Source: Macrostomum lignano
Taxonomy: Eukaryota
Assembly (NCBI GenBank): GCA_002269645.1
Contig: NIVC01000372.1
Location: 1-64,000, forward strand
DNA length: 64,000 nucleotides
Direction of reading: 5' to 3'
The notes under the pieces are model-generated. The model had not been told where the DNA came from. It did not search any database and was given only the letters and a program-made list of their open reading frames with translations. Positions 34,077 to 46,478 of the stretch are shown here, piece by piece. The position numbers and the translations under genes were made by a program. Each line of letters opens with the position of its first letter. The stretch's first letter is position 1.

Positions 34077-37000
34077 TTATTGCTGCGGCAGAGCTCCCTG
34101 TGGCGGCTGCACAGCGGAGGCATCCGGTGGCGCCACAGCGGGGGCGGCGGCGGCCGGCTTAGAGCGCCAATTAGGCGGATTAGGCGTCAGATGACCGAAG
34201 GTTTCTTTTAAGAGCAGTTGAGCAAAACTGCGCCTGCCCTGCATCAGGTCCAAGTAGAGCTTAAAAAAGTAGAAATGGGCCGGGAATGGCGGCGACATGC
34301 CCTGGCCTTTAGGATTGTACACAACATCCTGCAGGTGCTGCCTAGCCAAATCGAAGTCGCCTTTGATAGCGTAAACAACGGACAAGTTGTACTTCATAAT
34401 GTTCTGCGCCTCCAGCACGTTGTCGGGCGTCCATTGGCTGACGGACGGCGCCGGAGACTCTTTGCGCTTCGGCCAGTCGTCCGGACAAGGCGGCTGTGCA
34501 GGCAGAACATCGACTCGAGTGACAGAGGCCGGGTTCAATAGCTGAACAGCGTCGTTTAGATAGTCCTTGGAAATGTGCTCCGGCACCTGGGTGGTTTGGT
34601 GGTACGAATTTAAGCTGTCTTACAGTAAGATGAGACGGGAGAAATCCCTTTGGAAGATGCGAAAAACTCCCACAGGGATGCGGGAAAATCTTGTGAGTAA
34701 GATAGAGGAATCTCACGCTGGGATGCGGAGAAATCTCATGAGTAAGTTGGAGGAATCTCAGACTGAGATGTGCAGAAATCTCACGAGTAAGATGGAGGAA
34801 TCCCACGCTGAGATGCGGAGGAATCTCACGCTGAGATGAGGAGGAATCTCACGCCGAGATAAGGAGGAATCTCACGCCGAGATGAGGAGGAATCTCATGC
34901 TGAGCTGAGGAGGAATCTCACGCTGAGATGCGGAAGAATCTCACGCTGAGATGAGGAATCTCACACTGAGATGCAGAGGAATCCCAGGCTGAGATGCGGA
35001 GGAATCTCACGCTGAGATGCGGAGAAATTTCACGCTGAGAGCTAATTTATTAGCATCTCCATCTTCCACCTTTAAACTCCCAAGCCAATGAATGACACTC
35101 ACCTGCAAGTTGACTTTAGCCTCGGCCAAGTACATTTTGCCCAGATAGAGTTGACAGTCAGACAGTGCAGGCTGACTCAGCAGCTGGTTGCAGTAGCGCA
35201 GGGCCTGCAGATGATCGCACAGGCACAGGGCGATATAAGCCGCCGAGGTGAGCACGGAGGCGCGGAATTGGATCAATTGAACTCCGCGAAGGAATCCGGC
35301 CGGACTAAGCGGCAAGCAGAGGGTCTCGGCCCAGCGCAACACGTGACCGTGATAGTCGGTATCGCCATGCGGAAACGGCGGCTCCTGCGGCAGCAATAGC
35401 AAAGCATTTCTAACGCACAGGGAAGCGAATTCCAATGTAGGAGTGGGCATGGCCGCGGACTCTTCCCACGGCTTTTTTATTTCCTGCACCCCGGTGCCAA
35501 GCAGCAGCTTGCGGTGCCGGCCGGAACCGACAACGCCTTTGACGGCTCGTTGGCGGATGCGAAATTCGCGATCGGCGCTGTTGCTAAGCCGCTGGTACTT
35601 GATGGAGCACTCGGCTAGGCGGAGCCACAGGCGGGGATTGCGCGGATAGACGTTAATTACTTCGAGCAGGTAGTCAAACGCTTGCACCGGCTTGCCGCTG
35701 TAGGTTCGAAAAAATTGTAAGTTTCTCTGTACTTTATAGGGCCTTTCAATAACCCCCCCCGAGTATGGGAGACTAATTTCATACATCAGACGAGACACTA
35801 ATCCCCTGATTATAAGACACTAATCCCATACCTCAGGGACACTAATCTCCTGATTATAGGAGACTAATCCCATACCTCAGGGACACTAATCTCCTGATTA
35901 TAAGAGACTAATCCCATACCTCAAGGACAATAACCCACTGATTATGGGAGACTAATCTCATACCTCAAGGACACTAACCCACTGATTATGGGAGACTAAT
36001 CTCCTACCTTGGAGACACAAATCTCCTGATTATTGGAGACTAATCCCATACCTCAGGGACACTAATCTCCTGATTATAAGACACTAATCCCATACCTCAG
36101 GGACACTAATCTCCTGATTATGGGAGACTAATCCCATACCTCAGGGACACTAATCTCCTGATTATAAGAGACTGATCCCATACCTCAAGGACACTAATTC
36201 ACTGATTATGGGAGACTAATCTCATACCTCAAGGACACTAACCCACTGATTATGGGAGACTAATCTCATACCTCAAGGACACTAACCCACTGATTATGGG
36301 AGACTAATCTCATACCTTAGACACCAATTTCTTGATTATGGGAGACTAATCTCATAACTCCGAGACACTAATCTCCTGATTATAAGAGACTAATCTCATA
36401 CCTCAGACACTAATTTCTTGATTATGGGAGACTAATCTCATACCCCAGAGACACTAATCTCCTGATTATGGGAGACTAATCTCGTACTTTAGAGACACAA
36501 ATTCCCTGGTTTTAATTAATATAGTACAACTTTAATTATTAGGAATAATGAATAGTTAAATCAACCCGCAGAAGCCAGGAAGGAAGCAGTCACACCTCAT
36601 TTTTCTGACCCCTGAGCACAGGCACACACAGGCAAATGCTCACCTGAAAAGCAGCTCCAAACCCAGATTGTGCAACAGTTCGTAGTGCCTGCTAATAGAA
36701 TAGGCTCGCAGCGGTATCTGATGGTGCAACACGTGGCTACCCTTGCCATTAGCTTTCTTAGCTTGGTAATCTGAGCAGGCTTTCTCATTCTCTTTAATAG
36801 CCCGTTTCAGATAGAAAGCGCCCAGATTGTGCTTGCCAAGGTGAAAGTGAACGCAGGCTAAATTGTTCCACTGCATTACCGCCTCACATTCGCCCGTGTC
36901 TGTTGGACTACGCGGCGTCCCAGGTATGTCGTGCATCAGGCGCAACGCTTTGCGCAAATTGCCAGCTAGATAGGCTAAATGGGCCCGGTGGAACTGAAGA

Positions 37001-40000
37001 GTACGAGTGAAATCAGCTGACGGATGTTGCCGATTAGCTTTAATTAGCTGCTTAGCGGAGCCCAGATCCCGGCGCATTAGCAGGGCGGCTATGCGGATCA
37101 GACACAGGTCCGACTTGGCTCTCTCCAAACCGCCTGCCCCTCTGCCTCTGCCGGGGTCTCCGCCGTCAGATTCAACGGCGGACGCCGACAGAGCGGAATC
37201 GGCTTCGTCGGCCTGGCTGACGACTTTCTCGCCGTCCGCTAGGAGCTGGATGGCATCCTCCGGGCATTGAAGCTTCAGAAAAGTGTCAAGTAGCAGCATG
37301 ACTAGCGCCCTGTAGAAGGCCGGCTCCAGCAGTTCGGACAGCGGCAGCATCGCCTGGGAGTGAGCCAATGAAGTTTGGGTGGATGGGTGAAATGGGCTGT
37401 CTAGGAAGCGGTCTCTGGAGGCCATTCGTCCGGGTGGTTTGGGGCGATTCTTTCTGGTGGTTTGGGGCGACTCTTCCAGGTGGTTTGGGGCGATTCTTCC
37501 GGGTGGTTTGGGGCGATTCTTTCTGGTGGTTTGGAGCGACTCTTCCAGGTGGTTTGGGGCGATTCTTCCGGGTGGTTTGGGGCGATTCTTTCTGGTGGTT
37601 TGGGGCGACTCTTCCAGGTGGTTTGGGGCGATTCTTCCGGGTGGTTTGGGGCGATTCTTACAAACGTTTTGGGGGGCGATTCTTCCGGGTGGTTTGAGGC
37701 AATTTTTCCGGGTGGTTTGAGGCAATTCTTCCGGGTGGTTTGGGGCGATTCTTACAAACGTTTTGGGGGGGCGATTCTTCCGTGTGGTTTGAGGCGATTC
37801 GTCCGGGTGGTTTGGGACGATTCTTACAAACGTTTTGGGGGGCGATTCTTCCGGGTGGTTTGAGGTGATTCGTCCGGGTGGTTTGGGGCGATTCTTCCGG
37901 GTGGTTTGGGACGATTCTTACAAACGTTTTGGGGGCGATTCTTCCGGGTGGTTTGGGGCGATTCTCCCGGGTGGTTTGGGGCGATTCTTACAAACTTTTT
38001 GGGGGCGATTCTTCCGGGTGGTTTGGGGCGATTCTTACAAACGTTTTGGGGGGCGATTCTTCCGGGTGGTTTGAGGCAATTTTTCCGGGTGGTTTGAGGC
38101 AATTCTTTCGGGTGGTTTGGGGCGATTCTTACAAATGTTTTGGGGGGCGATTCTTCCGGGTGGTTTGGGGCGATTCTTCCGGGTGGTTTGGTGCGATTCT
38201 TCTGGGTGGTTTGGGGGCGATTCTCCCGGGTGGTTTGGGGCGATTCTTACAAACGTTTTGGGGGCGATTCTTCCGGGTGGTTTGGGGCGATTCTTCCGGG
38301 TGGTTTGGGGCGATTCTTCCGGGTGGTTTGGGGCGATTCTTCCCGGCGTTTTGGGGGCGATTCTTCCGGGTGGTTTGGGGGCGATTCTTCCCGGCGTTTT
38401 GGGGGCGATTCTTCCGGGTGGTTTGGGGGCGATTCTTCTGACTGGCTTCAGCGTAATTTTTGAATGGTCATCGGACAAATTTCTAGTTTGTTAGGCTAGT
38501 CAGTCCGGAAGGCAGAATTCTAATGTGAAACAAAACAACTACCTTTAGAATCCGCCTGGCTTCCAGATGCTGCCGCTGGTAGAAGTTCAACAGGGCCAGA
38601 TTATAGAACAGCACGGCACTGTCCGGCTCTTCAATCTGGTCGCAAGCATCGATTGAAAATTTGGCCGTCGATGCCACGTTAAACAGCGTTTGACGAAATT
38701 CTTCGGTTCGAAAATAAGCCGAGCGCACGTAATCGGCAACGGCGCGGTTCTGCTGGGCAGCCCAGTCTGCTGGATGGGCGCTGCACAGCTGCTTCACCTG
38801 TTTAGGTTTGGTTGGTCTCTGATTAGCTGACTGTGGCTTTCATTGCACTGGGTCACGGCTGTCACCTGATCTCTGTGGATCACAACTGTCACCTGGTCTC
38901 TCTGTGGATCACAGTTGTCACCTGATCATACAATGGGTCACAGCTGTCACCTGATCTCTCAGTGGGTCACAGCTAGCACCTGATCTCTCAGTAGGTCACA
39001 GCTGGCACCTGATCTCTCAGTAGGTTACAGCTAGCACCTGATCTCTCAGTAGGTCACAGCTGTCACCTGATCTCTCAGTAAGTTACAGCTAGCACCTGAT
39101 CTTTCAGTAGGTTACAGCTAGCACCTGATCTCTCAGTAGGTTACAGCTGTCACCTGATCTCTCAGTAGGTTACAGCTAGCACCTGATCTCTCAGTAGGTT
39201 ACAGCTAGCACCTGATCTCTCAGTAGGTTACAGCTAGCACCTGATCTCTCAGTAGGTTACAGCTAGCACCTGATCTCTCAGTAGGTTACAGCTAGCACCT
39301 GATCTCTCAGTAGGTCACAGCTGGCACCTGATCTCTCAGGTCACAGCTGTCACCTGATCTCTCAGTAGGTCACAGCTGTCACCTGATCTCTCAGTAGGTT
39401 ACAGCTAGCACCTGATCTCTCAGTAGGTTACAGCTAGCACCTGATCTCTCAGTAGGTCACAGCTGGCACCTGATCTCTCAGGTCACAGCTGGCACCTGAT
39501 CTCTCAGGTTACAGCTAGCACCTGATCTCTCAGTAGGTCACAGCTAGCACCTGATCTCTCAGTAGGTCACAGCTGTCACCTGATCTCTCAGTAGGTCACA
39601 GCTGTCACCTGATCTCTCAGTAGGTTACAGCTAGCACCTGATCTCTCAGTAGGTTACAGCTAGCACCTGATCTCTCAGTAGGTCACAGCTGGCACCTGAT
39701 CTCTCAGGTCACAGCTAGCAACTGATCTCTCAGTAGGTCACAGCTGTCACCTAATCTCTCAGTGGGTCACAGCTGGCACCTGATCTCTCAGTAGGTCACA
39801 GCTAGCACCTGATCTATCAGTAGGTTACAGCTAGCACCTGATCTCTCAGTAGGTTACAGCTAGCACCTGATCTCTCAGTAGGTCACAGCTGGCACCTGAT
39901 CTCTCAGGTCACAGCTAGCAACTGATCTCTCAGTAGGTCACAGCTGTCACCTAATCTCTCAGTGGGTCACAGCTGGCACCTGATCTCTCAGTAGGTCACA

Positions 40001-40403
40001 GCTAGCACCTGATCTATCAGTAGGTTACAGCTAGCACCTGATCTCTCAGTACGTGGGTCAGAGCTAGCACCTAATCATCTAATGGGTCACAGCTATCACC
40101 TGATCTTTCAATGGGTCACAGCTGTCACCTGAACCTCCAAAATGCCCCCCAAATTTATGAAAAATTTATCGAAAAGTTTATCGAACAAACCAGCTGCAAG
40201 CAGTCCTCCAGATTCCCCTGCTGAAAGTGTTCAGCGGCGCGCTGGGCCATCTGCCTCTCCTCAGCCGTGTACTGCTCAACTGGCGGGGTGGGGGCCGCCG
40301 CGGACGCGGACGCTCCGTCGCCAACAGCGACATCGTCGCCAACGCCGGAAGAAGACGAAGAAGTTTGCTGCATTGCTGCAGCGGCTTTATCAAAATCCGA
40401 CAT
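34077..40403 (-). CDS. CNOT10: CCR4-NOT complex subunit 10, 5 exons
   Basis: Exons 40403-40191, 38797-38543, 37353-36644, 35697-35103 and 34586-34077, phases 0/0/2/0 consistent. Motifs VLFYNLAL, WNNLACVHFHLGKHNLGAFYLKRA, YELLHNLGLELLFSGKP..AFDYL, YPRNPRLWLRLAEC, VVGSGRHRKLLL, YLAEA, YNLSVVYAIKGDF. Confidence 0.93.
34640..35040. repeat. ~23-bp intronic minisatellite
   Basis: (GAGATGCGGAGGAATCTCACGCT)n. Confidence 0.9.
35770..36500. repeat. ~41-bp intronic minisatellite
   Basis: (GAGACTAATCCCATACCTCAGGGACACTAATCTCCTGATTAT)n. Confidence 0.9.
37432..38445. repeat. Composite intronic minisatellite
   Basis: GGGCGATTCTTCCGGGTGGTTTG units interspersed with TTACAAACGTTTTGG units. Confidence 0.9.
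38855..40135. repeat. 29-bp intronic minisatellite
   Basis: (CACCTGATCTCTCAGTAGGTTACAGCTAG)n. Confidence 0.95.
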
Positions 40404-40856
40404 ACTTGGTTAATCTAAGGCTGAGTTTTTGGATTTATATGAGCTGCAAAGTTAGGGTTTGAAGTAACATTTTTATCCAGCGACTACTACAAACAAGTAG
40501 TCTTTTTTCTCTAATTTTTTCTCTAGTCGGAGCTCACAAGTCGATGCAAATAAGAGCCCGACAATAATTTGAGGGGTTTTAGAGGAGAGAAGACAAGACC
40601 CAGTCAAAATCCTGCATCTACTAGCTACTAATTACCTGCTAACTATTGTACTAGTACCTTGTTATATACTTGCACTGGGGCACTATGCAATCGATAGAAA
40701 ACTCAAATAAGGAGTAAGCAGATTAGGAGGCAGGGAAATTGAATTAGTATTGTCAAAGCAAGGAGGAATGCTGCCTACTAACTAGGCCTTTGAATATAAT
40801 ATATCACAAAGCTGTGCCTCACGCATCTGCAGCACAGCACGCGACATTCGATAGTA

Positions 40857-41285
40857 CACAGATAGTAGAATAACTAGATGGGCTACTCAGCACATTTGCG
40901 TGTAAACTACTTTCAGTTCAGTAGTAAGTCAATCAAAAGCATTTTAATGTATTTTTATGGACAAGGCTCATTTGTTAGTTCTTACCCTAGCTTATAAATC
41001 CTTGACCGGGTCTTTCCACACCAAACCTCTACACCCGCCCAATTTTATTGCCCTTATTGGTAAAATATACCCTGTACGTTTTAGTGGCGCTGGCCAATGT
41101 ACTTTATGACTGAACCAATAAGCAAGTTGTTTACGTCTGCAAGCTTTGGCTTCTAAGCTTAGCAAAGTCATTTCAGCTGCTTGATAAAGTTGGTTTTTAT
41201 AAAATAGCTTATTTGTTCTTCCTTGCTACTGAACTGGAAGTAGAAATCTGTTTTTCTAATAATATATGCCTAAGTTGACCCGTTT
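40857..41285 (-). mobile_element. MITE family A, copy 4 (diverged)
   Basis: Reverse-complement match to the family A consensus. Confidence 0.75.
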
Positions 41286-41306
41286 AATAATAGATTGGGC
41301 AAAGTC

Positions 41307-41735
41307 ACATACTAAAATAACCTAAATGGGCCACTCAGGCATATACTTAGTAAAACAGCTTTCTACTTTCAGTTCAGTAGCAAAGAAGAATACATAAGCT
41401 ATTTTATAAAAATAAAGCCAGCTGAAACGAGTTTGATAAGTTTAGAAGCCCAAGCTTGCAGGCTTAGCTTGCTAATTGGTTCAGCAATAATGTACATTAG
41501 CCAGTCCACTGAAATGTACATGGCAGCTTTAGGCTGGAATTCAGAGAAAGGCAATAAAAATTGATGCGGGGCGAGGGGGGTAGTGTGGAAAGGCGCGGTT
41601 GGACGGTTTAAGCTGGGGGGTAAGAGCCAATAAAATGAGCCCTGGCTTAAAAATACATTAAAATGCTTCTGTTTAACTAGCTACTGAACTGAAAGTAGTT
41701 ACACGCAAATGTGCTGAGTGGTGTGGCCTATCTAA
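41307..41735 (+). mobile_element. MITE family A, copy 5
   Basis: Direct match to copies 1 and 2. Confidence 0.8.
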
Positions 41736-41984
41736 TAGTTACTATTGGGCATAGCTAAGAAAAAAAGTTCAATAAATTTCTAATCAGTTTATCTTACAAA
41801 GCTGGCAGTTGAAAAAAAAGTAAGACAAAACAATTCAGAAATATTGTAACATAAGTTACTTATCTTTATAATAATAAATATTTTAAAAAGTCGATTACAA
41901 AGAAAGCCTTACTGTAAATACAAGAATATAAGTACATGCATAGTCAGAATCGAAATGCAACAATGTCATAGCAACAGAGCTCTA

Positions 41985-42443
41985 CTAACAGCTGGCAGCC
42001 TCTGCAGCGGAAACTGCAGAATCGGCCGTGCCCTCGTCAAGCACCATCGGTCCTGTCCCTCCCGCTGAATCCCCGCCGCCGTTATCTCGGCTTTTCTTGC
42101 GTCGACCGCCGCCGCCGCCGCCGCCTCCAAGCGTCAGCAAGTGGCGCAATAGCTGAGGATTACGCCTAGCGCACAGTCTGACATCGTCAATGCCAACTGT
42201 GCTCCGCTTGGCGTGCCTAGCAAAGGATTCTAAATCTAAGGAATAGGTCTGCGCTAGGCGGTGCACAGACTCGGCTATGGCCGCTACAACTTCTGGAGAG
42301 AATTTGCACTGCTGCTGGGTGGCTACGGAGTCGCATAGCTTGTCTACAGCGTAATGCAGGCTAATCTTGTAGTCGCGAGACGGCTCCGACACGCTGATGC
42401 CGGTGCCGCTAGCTGAGACTGCAGGCGCCGATTTTGAAGTTGC
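41985..42443 (-). CDS. CENPS: Centromere protein S (MHF1/APITD1), histone fold
   Basis: LHYAVDKLC, FSPEVVAAIAE, DLESFARHAKRSTVGIDDVRLCARRN. The ORF extends in frame to a TTTTCAG acceptor at 42444-42446, with no ATG before the fold. Confidence 0.9.
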   Translation of the reverse strand, partial: ATSKSAPAVSASGTGISVSEPSRDYKISLHYAVDKLCDSVATQQQCKFSPEVVAAIAESVHRLAQTYSLDLESFARHAKRSTVGIDDVRLCARRNPQLLRHLLTLGGGGGGGGRRKKSRDNGGGDSAGGTGPMVLDEGTADSAVSAAEAASC

Positions 42444-42869
42444 CTGAAAAAATGTGTTTAAATAGCTCTAGATAGCTCTAAATAAACACTAGAGATAAGA
42501 ACAAAAATTAGTGCAATATAATTATTAAGTTTATTAACTTGCATCACGTGAACATCTTAGATTTCACTAGAAGTAGAAGGCTATAGGTTAAAGAGGAAAA
42601 GGAAAGACACGAGGACTGATCTCGGGGAAAACAGCAAATCGAAGGCCCGAACATAGGGAGGGTAAGCTAAGAGGCAGCAGGTGCGGAGCATGAGGTAGGG
42701 AAATTAGACCCTTGATATGCGAGCCTCTGCGCCGGAATAGCGGAAGAGACGCCGGCGAGAGCTTTAAAACAACAAAGCAAATTGACAACAGCGCTTCATA
42801 AGAATAATAAAAGAGCATATTGAAGGAATAGAATGATTAAGGATGAATGAAAGGAAAGGATAACGTCTG

Positions 42870-43452
42870 GATATGTCCTGGCTATGACTGGGGAATTAGA
42901 AATGCCCTGGAAAGGATGAGGGAATTAGACATGTCATGGCTAGGATAAGGGAATTAGAAATGTCCTGGCTAGGACAGGGGAATTAGACATGCCCTGGAAA
43001 GGATAGGGGAATTAGACATGCTCTGGAAAGGATAGGGGAATTAGATATGCTCTGGCTAGGACTGGGAAATTAGACATGCCCTGGAAAGGATGAAGGAATT
43101 AGACATGTCCTGGCTAGGATAGGGGAATTAGACAGTCCTGGCTAGGACAGGGGAATTAGACATGCTCTGGAAAGGATCAGGGAATTAGACATGTCCTGGC
43201 TAGGATAGGGGAATTAGACAGTCCTGGCTAGGACTGGGGAATTAGACATGCCCTGGAAAGGATAAGGGAACTAGACATGTCCTGGCTAGGATAGGGGAAT
43301 TAGACAGTCCTGGCTAGGACTGGGGAATTAGACATGCTCTGGAAAGGATAAGGGAATTAGACATGTCCTGGCTAGGGCAGGGGAATTAGACATGCCCTGG
43401 AAAGGATAGGGGAATTGGACATGTCCTGGCAAGGATAGGGGAATTAGACATG
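42870..43452. repeat. ~30-bp minisatellite between MTU1 and CENP-S
   Basis: (GGGAATTAGACATGTCCTGGCTAGGATAG)n. Confidence 0.9.
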
Positions 43453-43728
43453 AAGATACGAGTAGAAATACTAGGTAACTATAAAAATCTAGCTAAATAG
43501 AGCTAGACTTAGACTTGAAAAGTTGGATCAGACAGAACTGGATGAATCAGAGTTGCCCAGATAAAGATAATTTGAAATCCGTGATACTAAACTAAAAAAT
43601 CAGTTTAAAAAACAGCACCAACGGATAAAAGTATCAATCACGATTCAAGATATAAGTCAAATAAGAATTAAGTTTATATTTAAATGCATAAAATCAAGCT
43701 ATCATTAAAAAGTATTTAAAGCGACTCA

Positions 43729-44931
43729 TCAAGCAGATAGGGCAACAGAATCTGGATATCGCACTAGAAAATCGTCCGTGTTCCAATGCACCGGTTCTCG
43801 ACCGCCCTCGTCCCACAGGCTACGCGAGGCCAATATCCTAGCGCTACCCAAGCACTCATTGTCGCGATAGAACACGGCGTATTGACCGGCCGACACGCAG
43901 CGCATCGGCTCGGCCAGGGTGACCCGCAAGCCGGCGCCATCTTTAGCCAGATGGCAGTCGATCGGGCGCCATTTGTTCTGCCATCTGAGCTGGCAGTGCA
44001 GCTGGTCAGTGGCGGCCAGTTCAGGCGGCTCCGAGTGAATCCAGTGCGCCGGCTCACAGCGCATATCTCTGTGGTACAGAGACGGGTGGCTGACGCCGTC
44101 AACTAGATAAACTGTCCGACTGTTCGGGCACAGCTTGGCAACAAAGTAGCGCCGATGATCAATAGCTAAGCGCGGCCGCTGGCCAAGAGTGTAATGATGT
44201 ACGCCATCGTGCTGACCGAGCTCTTTGCCAGTCTCCAGGTGTACAAATCTGCCTGGCCGACGTTCAACGTACTGGTCAATAAAATCGGAAAAATTTCGCT
44301 TGCCAATAAAACAAATTCCGGCGCTCTCCCGTCTGGTTGCTATGCTAGACAGGCCGATGTTTGAGCACAGGCGTTTGACATCCGGCTTCATCAGGCTGCC
44401 AATAGGGAAAGCAGCCCGGCGCAGAGCCTCCTGCGGCACCTGGCACAGCCAGAATGTCTGATCCTTAACCGGATCGGCTGAGCACAGCAGGCGGACACTC
44501 TCGCCCGGTTGGCGGTGCTCAAGAAAATCGCCAAACGACGTCCTAGCATAGTGGCCAGTAGCCAGAGCATCGAATTTCAATTCGTCAATGCAATACTTGT
44601 ACAAGCAGTCGAATTTAATGTGCCTATTGCACAGCACATCCGGATTGGGAGTTCGGCCGGACTCGTACTCGCCCAGGGTGTGCTGAAACACCCGAGTCCA
44701 ATACTCCTTGGTGAAGTTCAGACGCAGGAATGGCAGGCCGAGCTGCTTACTGACTAGCTGGGCATCGCGAAGGTCCCGCTCGCCGGAGCAGTGGCCAGTC
44801 TCGTCCAGTTCGTCCCAGTTGGCCATGTGTACGCAGGTGACTTGAAAGCCGCGCTGCCTGAGCAGGTAGGCCGAAACGGCACTGTCAACGCCGCCAGACA
44901 GGGCGCAGGCTACTCGACAGATGGCGGATGA
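43729..44931 (-). CDS. TRMU: Mitochondrial tRNA-specific 2-thiouridylase (MnmA/MTU1)
   Basis: VACALSGGVDSAVSAYLL (PP-loop, upstream of the listed ORF start), GRTPNPDVLCNRHIKF, ATGHYAR, KDQTFWL, RRESAGICFIG, YTLGQR, GQYAVFY..CLG. The exon starts at acceptor CCAG|TCA (44931). Confidence 0.95.
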   Translation of the reverse strand, partial: SSAICRVACALSGGVDSAVSAYLLRQRGFQVTCVHMANWDELDETGHCSGERDLRDAQLVSKQLGLPFLRLNFTKEYWTRVFQHTLGEYESGRTPNPDVLCNRHIKFDCLYKYCIDELKFDALATGHYARTSFGDFLEHRQPGESVRLLCSADPVKDQTFWLCQVPQEALRRAAFPIGSLMKPDVKRLCSNIGLSSIATRRESAGICFIGKRNFSDFIDQYVERRPGRFVHLETGKELGQHDGVHHYTLGQRPRLAIDHRRYFVAKLCPNSRTVYLVDGVSHPSLYHRDMRCEPAHWIHSEPPELAATDQLHCQLRWQNKWRPIDCHLAKDGAGLRVTLAEPMRCVSAGQYAVFYRDNECLGSARILASRSLWDEGGREPVHWNTDDFLVRYPDSVALSA

Positions 44932-46265
44932 CTGGCGCGAATGAAAGTAAATTAGAAAGTGTCAACTGGAAACTGGCCCAGAGCATCACTGTGAGCTCTA
45001 TTACAGAGCCGTAAATTTATTTGACAAGTAATCACCATTTCATCCAGCTTAACCTCCTGGTAGCAAAAAGGGAGAGTTCTAGATAGAATAGATTAGTTAT
45101 CCTAATAATCTAATCTACAAGCTAATAACTTCTAGTTAATTTTCAGTTCTGAAGCTTTTATTTACATTTTTATTACAGACAGGGGGCTGTGTGCACCCTG
45201 GCGCACTTTAAGGCGACATAGGCACACAACCGGCAAAAGGCATTACTGCCCATTCCACCAACTCCCCTGAGCAAGCACACATGTGCATAGATATGTACAG
45301 TCATATGCACAGGCACAGTGGCACACACTCACACAGGAGTGTACAGTAGCCCTAACTTTATTTATCATTAGGCATGTACACTTCAATATGCCTTATGGAT
45401 TGGCCCTCAAGGCTGTTAATTGCATGAGCAGACTTAGAGCCAAGCTGAGATTCTAATTTAGCCCCAAATCATATGTCAGTGGCCTAATCTAATTTAGGCC
45501 ACTGACATATGCTGTGCTTTAGTTTCCATGGCTACTATAGACTATATAGTAGCATTTAAGTTGAAATTTCTCTTTTTTGTACCTATATTTATTTGTATTA
45601 TATCAGAGTAAAATAGAAACATAAAAAATTAAGTCTAAAAATTGAGCAGACAATATAAAATTTCTTAGAAGAAAAAACTGTCTAGACAAAAAAATTAAAA
45701 CCAAGGGAAAGCCAAATAATAAGCACTTTTCAGCACTATAAGGGGTATCCAAAAGTCTTAGGACTTATTCATGTTTCTTTTTAATAGACAGCTAGAGTAA
45801 CAGCAACAAATTTGTATCATAGTTGCTTTATTTACAAATGACACAAGTGAAAGAATTTTGAAAATATTACCAACTTTTTAGAAGTTATGGCTCCTTAACT
45901 ATAGTAGGATAACTACATCTGCTATATGGATTTGGTTCAAAGCTTAAGGCCTTAATCAAAAAGGAGTTTGAAGCTTAGTAAAATATAGAGTTAGATTTTA
46001 ATTTAGCAACTATTAAAAAAACTTTTCTAGAGACACATTAGATTATGATCTTTAGAAAACCTATGGCCATTTTAAATTTAAATGCCCAATGTTAAGCAAT
46101 TAGCCTATTTATATAAACCTATGGTGTATCTATCAATAAGCTATTAATAAGCTTAGGAAAATCTATCAATTTATTTTTTATAACAATTAGACTAGTAAAA
46201 ATTTTATTAATATAGGAATCAATAAATTTTCATTAAAAATCTCTATTGGAAATAAGCTGTAACTA

Positions 46266-46478
46266 CATACATGCATAACCCTTGAATTTACACTGGCCAT
46301 GCAACTTACTTTTTGATCAAAAATGCAACTTACTTTTTGATCAAAAATGCAACTTACCTGTAAAAGAAACCTTAGCAAAAATTAATGTAATTTTAGGTAA
46401 ATGGCTGGAGTAACTATGACTATATTGTTGAGGCCAAATGCCAGATTGGCTAGCTTAGCTAGGTGTTGCACATGTATA
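46266..46478 (+). mobile_element. MITE family B, copy 2 (CpG-decayed)
   Basis: CATACATGCATAACC...GATTTACACTGGCCATGCAACTTAC...GTTGCACATGTAT; matches 319-461. Confidence 0.6.

Noticed and set aside
36640-38494. N-terminal PPGRIAP repeat extension of the 361-aa ORF
   Set aside because: The repeat part is CNOT10 intron 2; the true exon starts at acceptor 37353.
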